Below the pieces are notes generated by a model. The model did no database searches and was not told the DNA's origin. It saw only the letters and a list, made by a program, of their open reading frames with translations. 60,201 nt of DNA, taken from the NCBI GenBank assembly GCA_913051705.1, contig CAJXCW010000003.1, positions 1 to 60,201 on the forward strand, read 5' to 3'. The first letter of the stretch is position 1. Every line of letters starts with the position of its first letter. Of the stretch, positions 35,369 to 44,789 are shown one piece after another. The translations under genes and the position numbers were made by a program. The DNA is from an uncultured bacterium. GTDB lineage: Bacteria; JAAXHH01.

Positions 35369-37636
35369 ATGAACCTAGAACCTGCATCCTCTCGATCCAA
35401 AGATTCCCGTCATTCAGCGCCCTGGCGTGGTGCGAGTGTTATGCTGATGCTGGCTCTGTTGGCATGGTCAGGCATCACGGCCTATAACCGGATTTTCTTA
35501 ACCTCACCAGGGCTGGGCGTCAGCCTGGCTGTCCTCAAGCTATTTATATATATGGCGCTGTTCGGTGGGATGGTTCTGCTGATTATCCGTCTTGCCCAAC
35601 GATTCGCCGGCGTTTACATCTGGGGCCTGGCAAGTTCGCTGGCTTATCTGCATTATCATGTGTGGCGTTCTACCACATGGGAGGGCTTTCTATGGCTCAC
35701 GGTGGGGATGATTCTTCCTGTCTCCTTAATCGGCGCCGGCCTTGGTCTTCTCTTCGGTAATATCAGGTATGGCCATACCTTACTAAAAAAATGGCCTGTG
35801 CGATTAAGTGTGATTGGGGGCGGTGTGTTATTTATCTACAGTATAAGTTGGTTTATACTGGATGGTCATGATACCCCATTCCCCATAAATGCAGCACTCA
35901 TGGCAGAAACAACGGTCCCTCATATTACCTTGCCTGATCCCTCTTTAATCGGACCCTACGAGGTCGAAAATCTGAGTTATGGCAGCGGCACTGATCGGCA
36001 TCGCCCGGCGTTCGGAGAAGACACGGCGATTGTAACAGCCTCGGTTGATGCGTCGCCTTTTATTGACGGGTGGGATAAAAACCATGGTTGGTCCAGAACG
36101 GCCTATTGGGGATTTGATCCGACCTCGTTTCCTCTACAAGCCCGAGTCTGGTATCCGGATGGGGAAGGGCCATTCCCTCTTGTTTTGATTGTCCATGGCA
36201 ATCATTCCATGGAGGAGTTTTCTGATCCGGGTTATGCCTATCTGGGTGAGTTGCTCGCCGGTAAAGGATATATTCTGGCCTCGGTAGATCAGAATTTTCT
36301 CAATAGCACCTTCTCCAGTCGATTGGATGCATATCGGGGGCGTGGATGGACAGATGAACTGGATGCCAGGGGCTGGATGCTACTTGAACATTTACGTCTC
36401 TGGCACGATTGGAATAAAACATCCGGCCACCCGTTTTACGGCAAAGTGGACACCACACGCATCGGCCTGATCGGCCACTCAAGGGGTGGTGAGGCGGTTG
36501 CGATTGCCGCTATGTTCAACCGGATGGCCCGTTATCCGGATGATGCGAACGTGACTTTCGATTACGGATTCAATATACGAGGCATTATTGCCATTGCCCC
36601 AGTGGACAGATACCAACCTGCCGGGCTATGGACAACGGTCACCGATGTGGATTATCTGGTGTTACACGGGACGCATGATGCCGACGTACAGTCTTTTCGC
36701 GGTTCACGGCAATACGAGCGGGTTATTTTTTCAGGTGAAGCGTACCATTATAAGGCAAGTATATATATATACGGCGCCAACCACGGTCAGTTCAATACGG
36801 TATGGGGACGAACGGATTCTTCTTTCCCATGGAACAATCTGCTTAATCTCAGGGATATTATGTCGCCTGAAGATCAGCGGCGTATCGGCGCGGTATATAT
36901 GTCTGCTTTTTTAGCAATCTCTTTGCGTGGACAGCGAAACTATCTGCCTTTGTTGCGTGATTTTCGTGCCGGCAGAAACTGGTTGCCGGAAACCATCTAT
37001 TTGAGCCAGTTCGCCGATACGACCTACCAGTACATCGCTGATTTCGATGAGGACATTGAGGTTCATACGACAACCAGCCCCGGTGGTCGTATTGAAGCTG
37101 AAGGATTAACGATATGGCGTGAACAGCGTGTCGCGCTCAAACAAGGGGACAAGGCAACCAACGCGGCTTATCTCGGCTGGGATCTGCAGGACGAAGAGAC
37201 GACAGCCTCTTACACCATCCATCTACCCAGGTTGGAACCGCCTTTTACTCCGGACCATATCCTTACCTTTACTCTGGCTGATGCGAAAGAAAAAAGCACC
37301 AGAGATGGAGGTGGAGAACCGGTGACAGAACCATTCGATTGGACGATGGAGGTGGCGGATACAAGCGGTCGTACGGTACGCTTGCCTTTAAGTCGTTTCG
37401 CCCTGGTACAACCTCAACTTGACGTGCAGGTAAAAAAAGCAGAGATGTTCAGTACAGGTAAAACATCCGAACCGGTATATCAGAATTTTGAATTCCCGTT
37501 GTCTCTATTTCGAGATTCCGGCGCCGATCTCGATCTCTCCGCCCTTTCTCACATTCGGTTTCTCTTCGACCGATCACCTCGCGGGGTGATTATTCTGGAT
37601 AACCTGGGTTTTAGGACCAATCTGGTCAAGCAGTAG
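35369..37636 (+). CDS. Membrane-anchored alpha/beta hydrolase (PAF-acetylhydrolase/chlorophyllase-like lipase fold) with N-terminal multi-TM domain and C-terminal domain of unknown function
   Basis: About 6 N-terminal TM helices, then LVLIVHGNHS...GYILASVDQNF and the nucleophile elbow GLIGHSRGGEAV (GxSxG). The start is uncertain: 35315, 35369 or 35441. Confidence 0.65.
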   Translation: MNLEPASSRSKDSRHSAPWRGASVMLMLALLAWSGITAYNRIFLTSPGLGVSLAVLKLFIYMALFGGMVLLIIRLAQRFAGVYIWGLASSLAYLHYHVWRSTTWEGFLWLTVGMILPVSLIGAGLGLLFGNIRYGHTLLKKWPVRLSVIGGGVLFIYSISWFILDGHDTPFPINAALMAETTVPHITLPDPSLIGPYEVENLSYGSGTDRHRPAFGEDTAIVTASVDASPFIDGWDKNHGWSRTAYWGFDPTSFPLQARVWYPDGEGPFPLVLIVHGNHSMEEFSDPGYAYLGELLAGKGYILASVDQNFLNSTFSSRLDAYRGRGWTDELDARGWMLLEHLRLWHDWNKTSGHPFYGKVDTTRIGLIGHSRGGEAVAIAAMFNRMARYPDDANVTFDYGFNIRGIIAIAPVDRYQPAGLWTTVTDVDYLVLHGTHDADVQSFRGSRQYERVIFSGEAYHYKASIYIYGANHGQFNTVWGRTDSSFPWNNLLNLRDIMSPEDQRRIGAVYMSAFLAISLRGQRNYLPLLRDFRAGRNWLPETIYLSQFADTTYQYIADFDEDIEVHTTTSPGGRIEAEGLTIWREQRVALKQGDKATNAAYLGWDLQDEETTASYTIHLPRLEPPFTPDHILTFTLADAKEKSTRDGGGEPVTEPFDWTMEVADTSGRTVRLPLSRFALVQPQLDVQVKKAEMFSTGKTSEPVYQNFEFPLSLFRDSGADLDLSALSHIRFLFDRSPRGVIILDNLGFRTNLVKQ

Positions 37637-37643
37637 GAAGTAT

Positions 37644-37673
37644 GGATCCCCGCTTAAAGCTTGCGGGGATGAC
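37644..37673. repeat. REP-like palindromic element, family B (single hairpin copy)
   Basis: GGATCCCCGCTTAAAGCTTGCGGGGATGAC. Confidence 0.8.
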
Positions 37674-37767
37674 GGCGGTATGGGCTGATTAGGCCAATTC
37701 CCAAGGGTTTACGGTAGTGAGTAGATTGATTTAAAAGATCAAGAAATGGTTAAACAAGGATCAAGAA

Positions 37768-39501
37768 ATGATTAAACGTGGGCTGGTGATAATATTAATG
37801 GCTCTGGTGTTGGGGATTGGATATGTTCTCGCTGATCAGGATGATTCGTCTCCGGGGCCCTCCGTAAATAGCCGGGGCATAATCATGCCGTCAGATGCCG
37901 CCGGGCCGGAAAAACAGGTGGTACGGAGTTTTCTGCTGGAGGGCACCTATCAGGAATGGTTCAGGACGGTATACAAGGTCATGCACGGCCAGCGCCTGAT
38001 TGCGGAGCCGTTGATCCGGGTGGATAAAAATTTCGAATTGTTGCCGGCAGCGGCTGAACGGTGGGAACCGAGTGAAGACGGGCTAACCTGGTATTTTTAT
38101 CTTCGAAAGGGGCTGGTGTTTTCAGATGGCAGGCCGCTTACGGCTCATGATTATGTCTACACGTTCCGGCGCGGCGCCGATCCGGAAAATGCCTACGATT
38201 TCGAGTGGTACTATCGTCCCATAAAAAATTGGGGTGCCGTCGTCCGCCGGGAAGTGCCCAAAGATTCTCTCGGCGTTCATGCCCTTGACGACTATACCCT
38301 GGTGGTTGAGACAGGGGAAGTATGTTCTTATCTCCCTGCATTATTAACCTATTCGTGGGCCTCGCCTCGACAAGCCGTTGAAAAATACGGCGATGTCTGG
38401 TCTACAAAACCCGAGACATCGATATCGAGCGGTCCCTTCTACCTGACAGAATGGTCAAAATCGGATCGGATGGTTTTAAAAGCCAACCCGACCTACTATG
38501 GGCCCGCCAAACCGTATCTGGAGACTTTTGTAGGGCTCCTGTTCAATCAGGCGACGCAACCGCCTGCCCTGCCGGCCTATGAAGCAGATGAAATAGACTT
38601 TACTAATATTACGAGCCAGGCGGAGCTCGGTCGTATTCAAACAGATCCGCTTCTCAAGCACGAACTGAATACGTTTACGGCATTCAACGCATTTTACCTT
38701 ACCATGAATACCTATTCAGGCATTTTTTCAGATCTACGTGTACGCCAGGCATTCAGTCATGCCATCGATCGAAATGCCATTACAAAGTCAGCGCTTCAGG
38801 GGCTTGCGACGCCGGCCTATGCCATGATGCCTATCGGGTTTCCTGCGGCCAACGCCGACCTGCATTCTGTACAGCGATTTGATCCTGTACTGGCCAGGCA
38901 AAGGCTCGCAGAAGCCGGCTATCCCGATGGTAAAGGATTTCCTTATGTAGAGATGTGGCTCAGAGGCGGTGAAGCCGGTCCGACGAAAGATGCCATGGAA
39001 GGGATTCAGGCCATGCTCAGCCAGAATCTGGGGATCGACATCGGCGTGCGTAATGTGGAACGGAAGATCTTCATGGATGCCTTAAACGGTCACACACTTG
39101 AACTGGGTCTGGTGCCCTATGGCTATGACTATGTAGATCCCAGTAATCTGCTCTCCCTCTGGATGTCGAACGGACGGCATGGCTGGCGCAACGATCTGTT
39201 CGATCGGCTGGTCGTCCAGGGCGGTACGATTGTCGGTGACCCTGATAGACGTCGAACCGTGTATCAGGAGGCCGAACGTATCCTTGTAGAGGATGTCGGC
39301 GCGGTCTTCCTGTGGCACAGTCAGAATAACCAGATCTGGAAGTCCAATATCAAAGGCGACGCCATAGAACCGAATATTTTCGGCTATCGTGCCTGGCGTT
39401 GGGATCAGGTGCAGAACCTTTCCACAACGATTTATTTTACGAATGAACCTCGTAAAGGACAAAGAGTGAGTTTTTGGGAACGGTTGTTCGGAGGGGGATG
39501 A
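37768..39501 (+). CDS. ABC transporter substrate-binding protein, family 5 (peptide/opine type), Sec signal
   Basis: Signal MIKRGLVIILMALVLGIGYVLA, SBP_bac_5-like core, 577 aa. A 23-nt tandem duplication spans the start. Confidence 0.85.
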   Translation: MIKRGLVIILMALVLGIGYVLADQDDSSPGPSVNSRGIIMPSDAAGPEKQVVRSFLLEGTYQEWFRTVYKVMHGQRLIAEPLIRVDKNFELLPAAAERWEPSEDGLTWYFYLRKGLVFSDGRPLTAHDYVYTFRRGADPENAYDFEWYYRPIKNWGAVVRREVPKDSLGVHALDDYTLVVETGEVCSYLPALLTYSWASPRQAVEKYGDVWSTKPETSISSGPFYLTEWSKSDRMVLKANPTYYGPAKPYLETFVGLLFNQATQPPALPAYEADEIDFTNITSQAELGRIQTDPLLKHELNTFTAFNAFYLTMNTYSGIFSDLRVRQAFSHAIDRNAITKSALQGLATPAYAMMPIGFPAANADLHSVQRFDPVLARQRLAEAGYPDGKGFPYVEMWLRGGEAGPTKDAMEGIQAMLSQNLGIDIGVRNVERKIFMDALNGHTLELGLVPYGYDYVDPSNLLSLWMSNGRHGWRNDLFDRLVVQGGTIVGDPDRRRTVYQEAERILVEDVGAVFLWHSQNNQIWKSNIKGDAIEPNIFGYRAWRWDQVQNLSTTIYFTNEPRKGQRVSFWERLFGGG

Positions 39502-39565
39502 AGGGCGGGGTGAGCGGATGGATGGAAGAATGAAAGGGAGAACAGGGTGGTTCAATCTGATAAGC

Positions 39566-39609
39566 GGCCCCCGATCGAAAATCTTTTTATTCGATCGGGG
39601 GCTTTTTTA
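39566..39609. terminator. Rho-independent terminator shared by convergent genes
   Basis: CCCCCGATCGAA-aatctttttat-TTCGATCGGGGG followed by CTTTTTT. It is preceded by a purine-rich GATGAAAGG-like tract. Confidence 0.75.
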
Positions 39610-40893
39610 TGCTTTTTTTGCGGCTGCGTTCAGGAAGAATTGCCGAAGCTGTTTGGCGGCCAGGACGTCTTCGCCGTCGCGCATGCATCGAGTGACGACC
39701 TTATTGCCGTCGTTGAGGCCCGATAAAGCCAGGCGGGGTTTGCCTTCTTTCAGTCTCGCCCGCATCTCTTCCCGGGACATGGGAATGACCTTCTCATCCC
39801 ATTCAAGAGCTACATGGGGGATACCACGGGCATTTATTCCGGTGGTGGCTTGAAGACCGGGAATATCCTGCAGCTGACCGGCAACATACTCCGCTCTGGC
39901 CAGCCATTCCTGTTGGACAGCATCATGGTCCAGGTTCCCATATCGATTCAGCGCGGCGATCAGGCCGATAATCTCCTCTTTACCGACTTTCATTCCCCGA
40001 CCGAGATGGGCGTTGGGCGCCGCCTGCAGGCGTGCTGCCTCGATCAGGTCGGCACGTCCGGCCAGGATGCCGGTCGATTGCGGACCTCGAAGGCCCTTAC
40101 CACCACTGATGATCACCAGATCACCGCCCATTTCGGTGTAGCGGGTCAGGTTTTCAGTCGGTGGCAGTTCAGAGGCGGCATCAATCATCACCGGCACGCC
40201 GGTTTTTCTACCAATTTCAACATGTTCTTCCGGCATCATAACGGTCGGGTCACCTGCGTGAACATGTTCTGCCATGGCCAGGCAGGCGGTCATGGCGGTG
40301 TTTTCGTTGATGGCATTGACAAACTGTTCTCTGGTTTCCACCTCAACGATCGTCATCCCAGCGGCGCGATAGGCCCCGTCGTAGAAAAAACGGTGCGGGG
40401 ACTGTATCAGACATTCCTTCTTGGACCAGGATGGGTGGGGCAGGGCTTTCATTTTATCTGTATCGGTCCCTGTGAGACAAGCGGCTGAGCCGAGGACTAA
40501 TCCTCCGAAGGCGCCGGAAGTGATCAGAGCCGCTTCTGCGTGCACGACTTCTGCCACCCGCTTGCCGGCAGCGATCGTCAGTTCGTCCATGTCCACAAAA
40601 TAATCATTCGCCTCCGCCATGGCTTGAAGCACTTCTTCAGGCATACGCGAGCCGCCGAATCGGGTGATATGGTCGTGGGTAGGTAGATGCGGCTCCACGC
40701 CGAGTAACTTGGTGTATATATTTTCGCCGGCTAATTTCTCTGCTATTTCTTCCGATGTGGCTCCGTTCACCAGGTCGGCGTTTTTTACTCCACATGCACT
40801 GGCCAATCCGGCCAATATGGAAGCGCCTATGAATTTTCGTCTGCTCCAGGTGCCGTGTGTATCATTCGAAAACAGTCTCTTGAGCGATTTCAT
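39607..40893 (-). CDS. SelA-like (L-seryl-tRNA(Sec) selenium transferase-related) PLP-dependent enzyme with Tat signal and lipobox (exported lipoprotein)
   Basis: SRRKFIGASILAGLASAC has a Tat motif plus a lipobox Cys. DLVIISGGKGLRGPQSTGILAGR matches the SelA/DgaE-family PLP-lysine motif (SGdKlLGGPQaGii.G). GGAGG SD. Confidence 0.65.
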   Translation of the reverse strand: MKSLKRLFSNDTHGTWSRRKFIGASILAGLASACGVKNADLVNGATSEEIAEKLAGENIYTKLLGVEPHLPTHDHITRFGGSRMPEEVLQAMAEANDYFVDMDELTIAAGKRVAEVVHAEAALITSGAFGGLVLGSAACLTGTDTDKMKALPHPSWSKKECLIQSPHRFFYDGAYRAAGMTIVEVETREQFVNAINENTAMTACLAMAEHVHAGDPTVMMPEEHVEIGRKTGVPVMIDAASELPPTENLTRYTEMGGDLVIISGGKGLRGPQSTGILAGRADLIEAARLQAAPNAHLGRGMKVGKEEIIGLIAALNRYGNLDHDAVQQEWLARAEYVAGQLQDIPGLQATTGINARGIPHVALEWDEKVIPMSREEMRARLKEGKPRLALSGLNDGNKVVTRCMRDGEDVLAAKQLRQFFLNAAAKKA

Positions 40894-40969
40894 GATGCCC
40901 TCCTGAGAAGGAAAGTGAAAAACCGGTTAGCCATGTGCAAAGGATTGCGTGCCCTTCAATACAGAAACG

Positions 40970-42703
40970 TTATCCCCCGTACTGGGTGGCCTGGCCGGCG
41001 ACAATGATCCAGGTAATAAATAGCGCATTGATGAAGGCGCCGATATAGATTCGACCGGTCATCTTAAAGAAGAAGGTGGATATCAGAGCGACCATAGTCA
41101 AAAGTGGAACGATCTGAAAGGCGACAATGGAAAGCAGCGGCTCAGCAAGCGGCATGATGCCGCCGGTGAGCAAGGGGATATACTGGACCAGTATAAGGAG
41201 AACAAAGCCACCCGCCAGGAGGAGTATATTAGCGACTGTTCCGCTCTTCAACTGGCCGTGGAGGGCCAAACCCAGGATCAGGAAGAAAAAGATAAAGGGT
41301 GGGAGATAGGCGAGATAAGCCAGAAAATGGTGAGGCGCCATAGGTTTGATCGCCAGCACCCAGAAACGAAAGTCAATCGTGAATGCCCAACTGGAAATGG
41401 CAAGTAGAAGATAGATGAAAGAAACAACCATGGCGGCCATGAGAAAAGACCGACCGACAACAGGGCAGACAGGCCTTTGTTGCCAGGTTAAACCATAGTG
41501 GTCGGTAGTCCCTCCTTTTTTACGATTTGAAAGGGTGTGCCACAGCATGAATAAGATCAGGGTGATCAGGCCGTTTCCCACGGCCCAGACCATGATCCCC
41601 GTCGTCACCCCCTGCGGCCAGAACATATTGACCGGTATGAGTTGGTTGCCGAGATGATTCAGCGGGAAATAAGTCAGAACGGGGATGGCGAAGGTCAATA
41701 TACAGGTGATCCGGCGTCCGAATCCTGTGATGGGCATCCCTTCCGGTACAGGTTCCATCAAGGATGCATACCAACGCGTATGCAATAAGAGGACACCGCA
41801 TGGGAATATGAACAGGATGGCGCCCAGGAGAGCCAGCAGCGTACCGATTTCCTTCCAGTACCATATCTGGTCAGATGGCGGTAAATCATGGCCGCCTTCC
41901 AGCGTGGTCTGCATCCACTCCATAGCGTTGCCGATGGCCTCTGTGGAAAGATGGTCGCCCGGATGCGTCACCTGCGGCATATAGAGTTTACGGGCGGTAC
42001 CTTCTGCAACGGAACCGTAAAGACGACCGATTTCAACTTGTTCGGTTGTACCGAATACGGTTTTAAGTTTATCCGTATCTCGGATATCCTTCGGGATATC
42101 AGCGCCCCACATAAATCGGGAGAACTCATCCCATTCACTGAAAATGATCCCTAAATTACGGGGGGAAACGGCATCACCCTCCGGCGCGCCGGCTGTACCT
42201 GTTGAAGACCCAACCAGTAGGATAGAACGATACGCATCGGGATAGACCTCCGTCGCAATCGCCACCGCCCATCCGCCCATAGAATGGCCTTCCAGGCCGA
42301 TATTATCCTTATCCACGAAATCGAGGGAGCGTAAGTAACGCAATCCATCCGGACCGCCATATCCATTGGCGAAAGCAGGTGGGTCGGAAAACCCATGACC
42401 GGTCTGATCGAGCGCAAGAACCACATAGCCGCGTCGGGCAAATTCGATGGCAAAGCCGTCCTGCGTTTCGCGGGAGTTGATGTATCCGTGGATAGCCAGG
42501 ATGCCCGGCGCCGGATCATCATGGGTCGCGCCGGCGGGTATATACAGCAGCCCGCTCATGATCATCCCATCCGTGCCGGCAAAACGGATATCACGGACAG
42601 ATACGACCCCTCCGTTCGTCTGCGTACGATGGGCCAGAAGGCTGCCGAACAGAATCAGAAGCAGGGAAGCCATCAAATAGGGGGATGGCCGTAAGGTCAG
42701 CAT
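40970..42703 (-). CDS. Alpha/beta hydrolase (N-terminal, signal-anchored) fused to a C-terminal ~9-TM membrane domain
   Basis: ILAIHGYINS...GYVVLALDQTGHGFS and the nucleophile elbow GLEGHSMGGWAV. The C-terminal 300 aa are polytopic. Confidence 0.65.
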   Translation of the reverse strand: MLTLRPSPYLMASLLLILFGSLLAHRTQTNGGVVSVRDIRFAGTDGMIMSGLLYIPAGATHDDPAPGILAIHGYINSRETQDGFAIEFARRGYVVLALDQTGHGFSDPPAFANGYGGPDGLRYLRSLDFVDKDNIGLEGHSMGGWAVAIATEVYPDAYRSILLVGSSTGTAGAPEGDAVSPRNLGIIFSEWDEFSRFMWGADIPKDIRDTDKLKTVFGTTEQVEIGRLYGSVAEGTARKLYMPQVTHPGDHLSTEAIGNAMEWMQTTLEGGHDLPPSDQIWYWKEIGTLLALLGAILFIFPCGVLLLHTRWYASLMEPVPEGMPITGFGRRITCILTFAIPVLTYFPLNHLGNQLIPVNMFWPQGVTTGIMVWAVGNGLITLILFMLWHTLSNRKKGGTTDHYGLTWQQRPVCPVVGRSFLMAAMVVSFIYLLLAISSWAFTIDFRFWVLAIKPMAPHHFLAYLAYLPPFIFFFLILGLALHGQLKSGTVANILLLAGGFVLLILVQYIPLLTGGIMPLAEPLLSIVAFQIVPLLTMVALISTFFFKMTGRIYIGAFINALFITWIIVAGQATQYGG

Positions 42704-42886
42704 AGCATATCCATTTGTATGACGCGTTGCATAAAAAATATTTATTGGAATTGATCGCAGATCAGATTATATGCCCCATCACGTCCAAAATCAAAATGGT
42801 TGATTATATACACCGGGATAGGGCATTTTTAGTACAACCTATTATGATACTAAAGTTTGGACAATATAAAACGTGAAAACTCGACT

Positions 42887-42985
42887 GTCATCACCGCAGG
42901 TTTTAAGCGGGCTTCTGCGCCGCGAACAGCGGACATCCACATAGCAGAAAGTCATGGATCCCCGCTTAAAGCCTGCGGGAATGAC
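42887..42985. repeat. REP-like element, family B, composite two-hairpin copy
   Basis: GTCATCACCGCAGGTTTTAAGCGGG-CTTCTGCGCCGCGAACAGCGGACATCC-...-GGATCCCCGCTTAAAGCCTGCGGGAATGAC. Same modules as the copy at 50008-50105, in a different arrangement. Confidence 0.8.
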
Positions 42986-43089
42986 AACCTTTTCAACTTA
43001 TATCGTGGATGTATGATATGACAACATATATTCAAAACGGAGCAAATAGCATATCATATTTTATGTTACACAGTCGGTGTATTTATCCA

Positions 43090-43170
43090 ATATTTCGCTC
43101 GCAGGAGCGAGCTCCTACCACGATATACAGGTGTTTGATGGGTAGGAGCCTACTCCTGCGGGCGAAATAT
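43090..43170. repeat. MITE-like inverted-repeat element, copy 1 (30-bp terminal inverted repeats)
   Basis: ATATTTCGCTCGCAGGAGCGAGCTCCTACC-21 nt-GGTAGGAGCCTACTCCTGCGGGCGAAATAT. Highly similar to the copy at 52059-52143. Confidence 0.75.
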
Positions 43171-43194
43171 GGTCTTGCACGTAATATGAGATCA

Positions 43195-44580
43195 TTATTC
43201 AACAATCTCTTTATACCTGTCGTCATTAAATTCCTGCCCGAGCATCAACATCTCCGTCTCTTCATCTCTTGGGCCTGAATCGAACGGATCATCTGTATCC
43301 TGGATCCATTTCTGAAGACGGGCTTCCAGTTCGTTTTGTATACGTGTATAGTGGGGATCTCCAGCCAGATTGTCCATCTCATAAGGATCACTGGCTCGAT
43401 CGAACAACAGGGGACCATATTCATTTTTATACCAGCGGGCATACCCCCAGCGGTCTGTACGGATCCCCCGCCAGTACCCGACCCAATCACCACGATGTGG
43501 CCAGCCGGGCCCCAGGATCTGTAAATAGACGGAGTCTGAGCGCGGACCTTCCTTATCGAGCAGGATATGAGATTGGTCGTGTCCTTGCATATCGTCGGCC
43601 AGATCACAGCCCGCTATTTTTAGTAAGGTCGGCATTAAATCGACGGAGCTGACCATGGCATCATTCGATGTGCCAGGTTTGATATGTCCCGGCCAACGCG
43701 CGATAAAGGGGACATGAATCGACTCTTCAAACGGCGTGGCTTTGGACGCCCTGAAAGAGGGGTGCATCCATCGGTCCATCGGTTTACCATAGCCATGGCT
43801 GCTCAAGTGATCGCCATGATCGGAGGTAAAGATAAGGAGGGTATCCTCTCGCAGGCCCATACGATCCAGTGCGTCCATAATACGTCCCATCTGTGCATCC
43901 AGGGCCGTGACATTACCATAATAATCTGCGATTTCCTGCCGGGCAAAGGAGGCAAATTGATCGGGCACGTTGGGGGGTAAATCAACTTCATCCGGGTCGT
44001 ATATATTGTATTCATCCGGATATTGATCGTATGGCCAATGGGGCGGTCCCCAGCTCATCACCATGGCGAACGGCTGATCAGGCTGGTTTTTGACATGGTC
44101 TTCCATAAATCGGATGGCCAATGAGGTTTCTTTCTCCGGCGCCCATCCGTTTATTTTTATCGGTCCATGCTCATTCTCAAAATACGAAACTTTATAGTAA
44201 TCATGATTGCAACCATAAGCGGCCATATAGTCGAAACCAAACCGGTTTTTCTCTGTGAAAGGCGGATATCCCAGATGCCATTTGCCTATAAAGGCGGTAT
44301 GATACCCCTGCTCACCCAGCGCTTGAGGCAATAAGGCTTGATCTTGCCGAAGGAGATATTCGTTGTCCATGACCCCATTTTTATGAGAATACCGCCCGGT
44401 CATCAATTGTCCCCTGTAGGGAGAGCAGATCGGACAACTTGAAAACACCTGGTCCAATACGATCCCTTCCGACGCCATCCTATCGAAATGAGGCGTTTGA
44501 ATCACCGGATTACCACTACTCCCCATGGCAGAATACCGATGCTGATCGTCAAATATAAAAAGAATATTCGGTTGGGACAT
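43195..44580 (-). CDS. Cys-type sulfatase (arylsulfatase family, formylglycine-dependent)
   Basis: ILFIFDDQHR... and the sulfatase signature C-S-P-Y-R-G-Q-L-M-T-G-R (CxPxR). Metal-binding Asp/His positions are present. Start placed at MSQPNILF. Confidence 0.85.
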   Translation of the reverse strand: MSQPNILFIFDDQHRYSAMGSSGNPVIQTPHFDRMASEGIVLDQVFSSCPICSPYRGQLMTGRYSHKNGVMDNEYLLRQDQALLPQALGEQGYHTAFIGKWHLGYPPFTEKNRFGFDYMAAYGCNHDYYKVSYFENEHGPIKINGWAPEKETSLAIRFMEDHVKNQPDQPFAMVMSWGPPHWPYDQYPDEYNIYDPDEVDLPPNVPDQFASFARQEIADYYGNVTALDAQMGRIMDALDRMGLREDTLLIFTSDHGDHLSSHGYGKPMDRWMHPSFRASKATPFEESIHVPFIARWPGHIKPGTSNDAMVSSVDLMPTLLKIAGCDLADDMQGHDQSHILLDKEGPRSDSVYLQILGPGWPHRGDWVGYWRGIRTDRWGYARWYKNEYGPLLFDRASDPYEMDNLAGDPHYTRIQNELEARLQKWIQDTDDPFDSGPRDEETEMLMLGQEFNDDRYKEIVE

Positions 44581-44668
44581 GAATTCAAACCCCAAATTAG
44601 TGATGTGTTGATTTGTTGATTGAAAAGTCAAAAAAAATGAAATAAAATGAAATCAACAATTCAACAAA

Positions 44669-44775
44669 TTGGGCTGTAGCCGGTAAGCATTTCAATCAAC
44701 CAATTGGTCAGGGCTGTAGGCAGTAAGCATTTCAATCAACCAATCAATCAATTGGGTTGTAGCCGGTAAAAGTAC
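44669..44775. repeat. Three tandem ~35-47-bp direct repeats
   Basis: ATTGGGCTGTAGCCGGTAAGCATTTCAATCAACCA / ATTGGTCAGGGCTGTAGGCAGTAAGCATTTCAATCAACCAATCAATCA / ATTGGGTTGTAGCCGGTAAAAG. Confidence 0.7.
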
Positions 44776-44789
44776 ATTTCCCCCCTGCC

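Noticed and set aside
39814-40488. 224-aa plus-strand ORF
   Set aside because: Antisense to the SelA-like gene, whose PLP-lysine motif and Tat signal support the minus-strand reading.
43009-43278. 89-aa ORF
   Set aside because: Reads straight through the MITE-like inverted-repeat element, and its end overlaps the sulfatase gene's 3' end. It is most likely non-coding.
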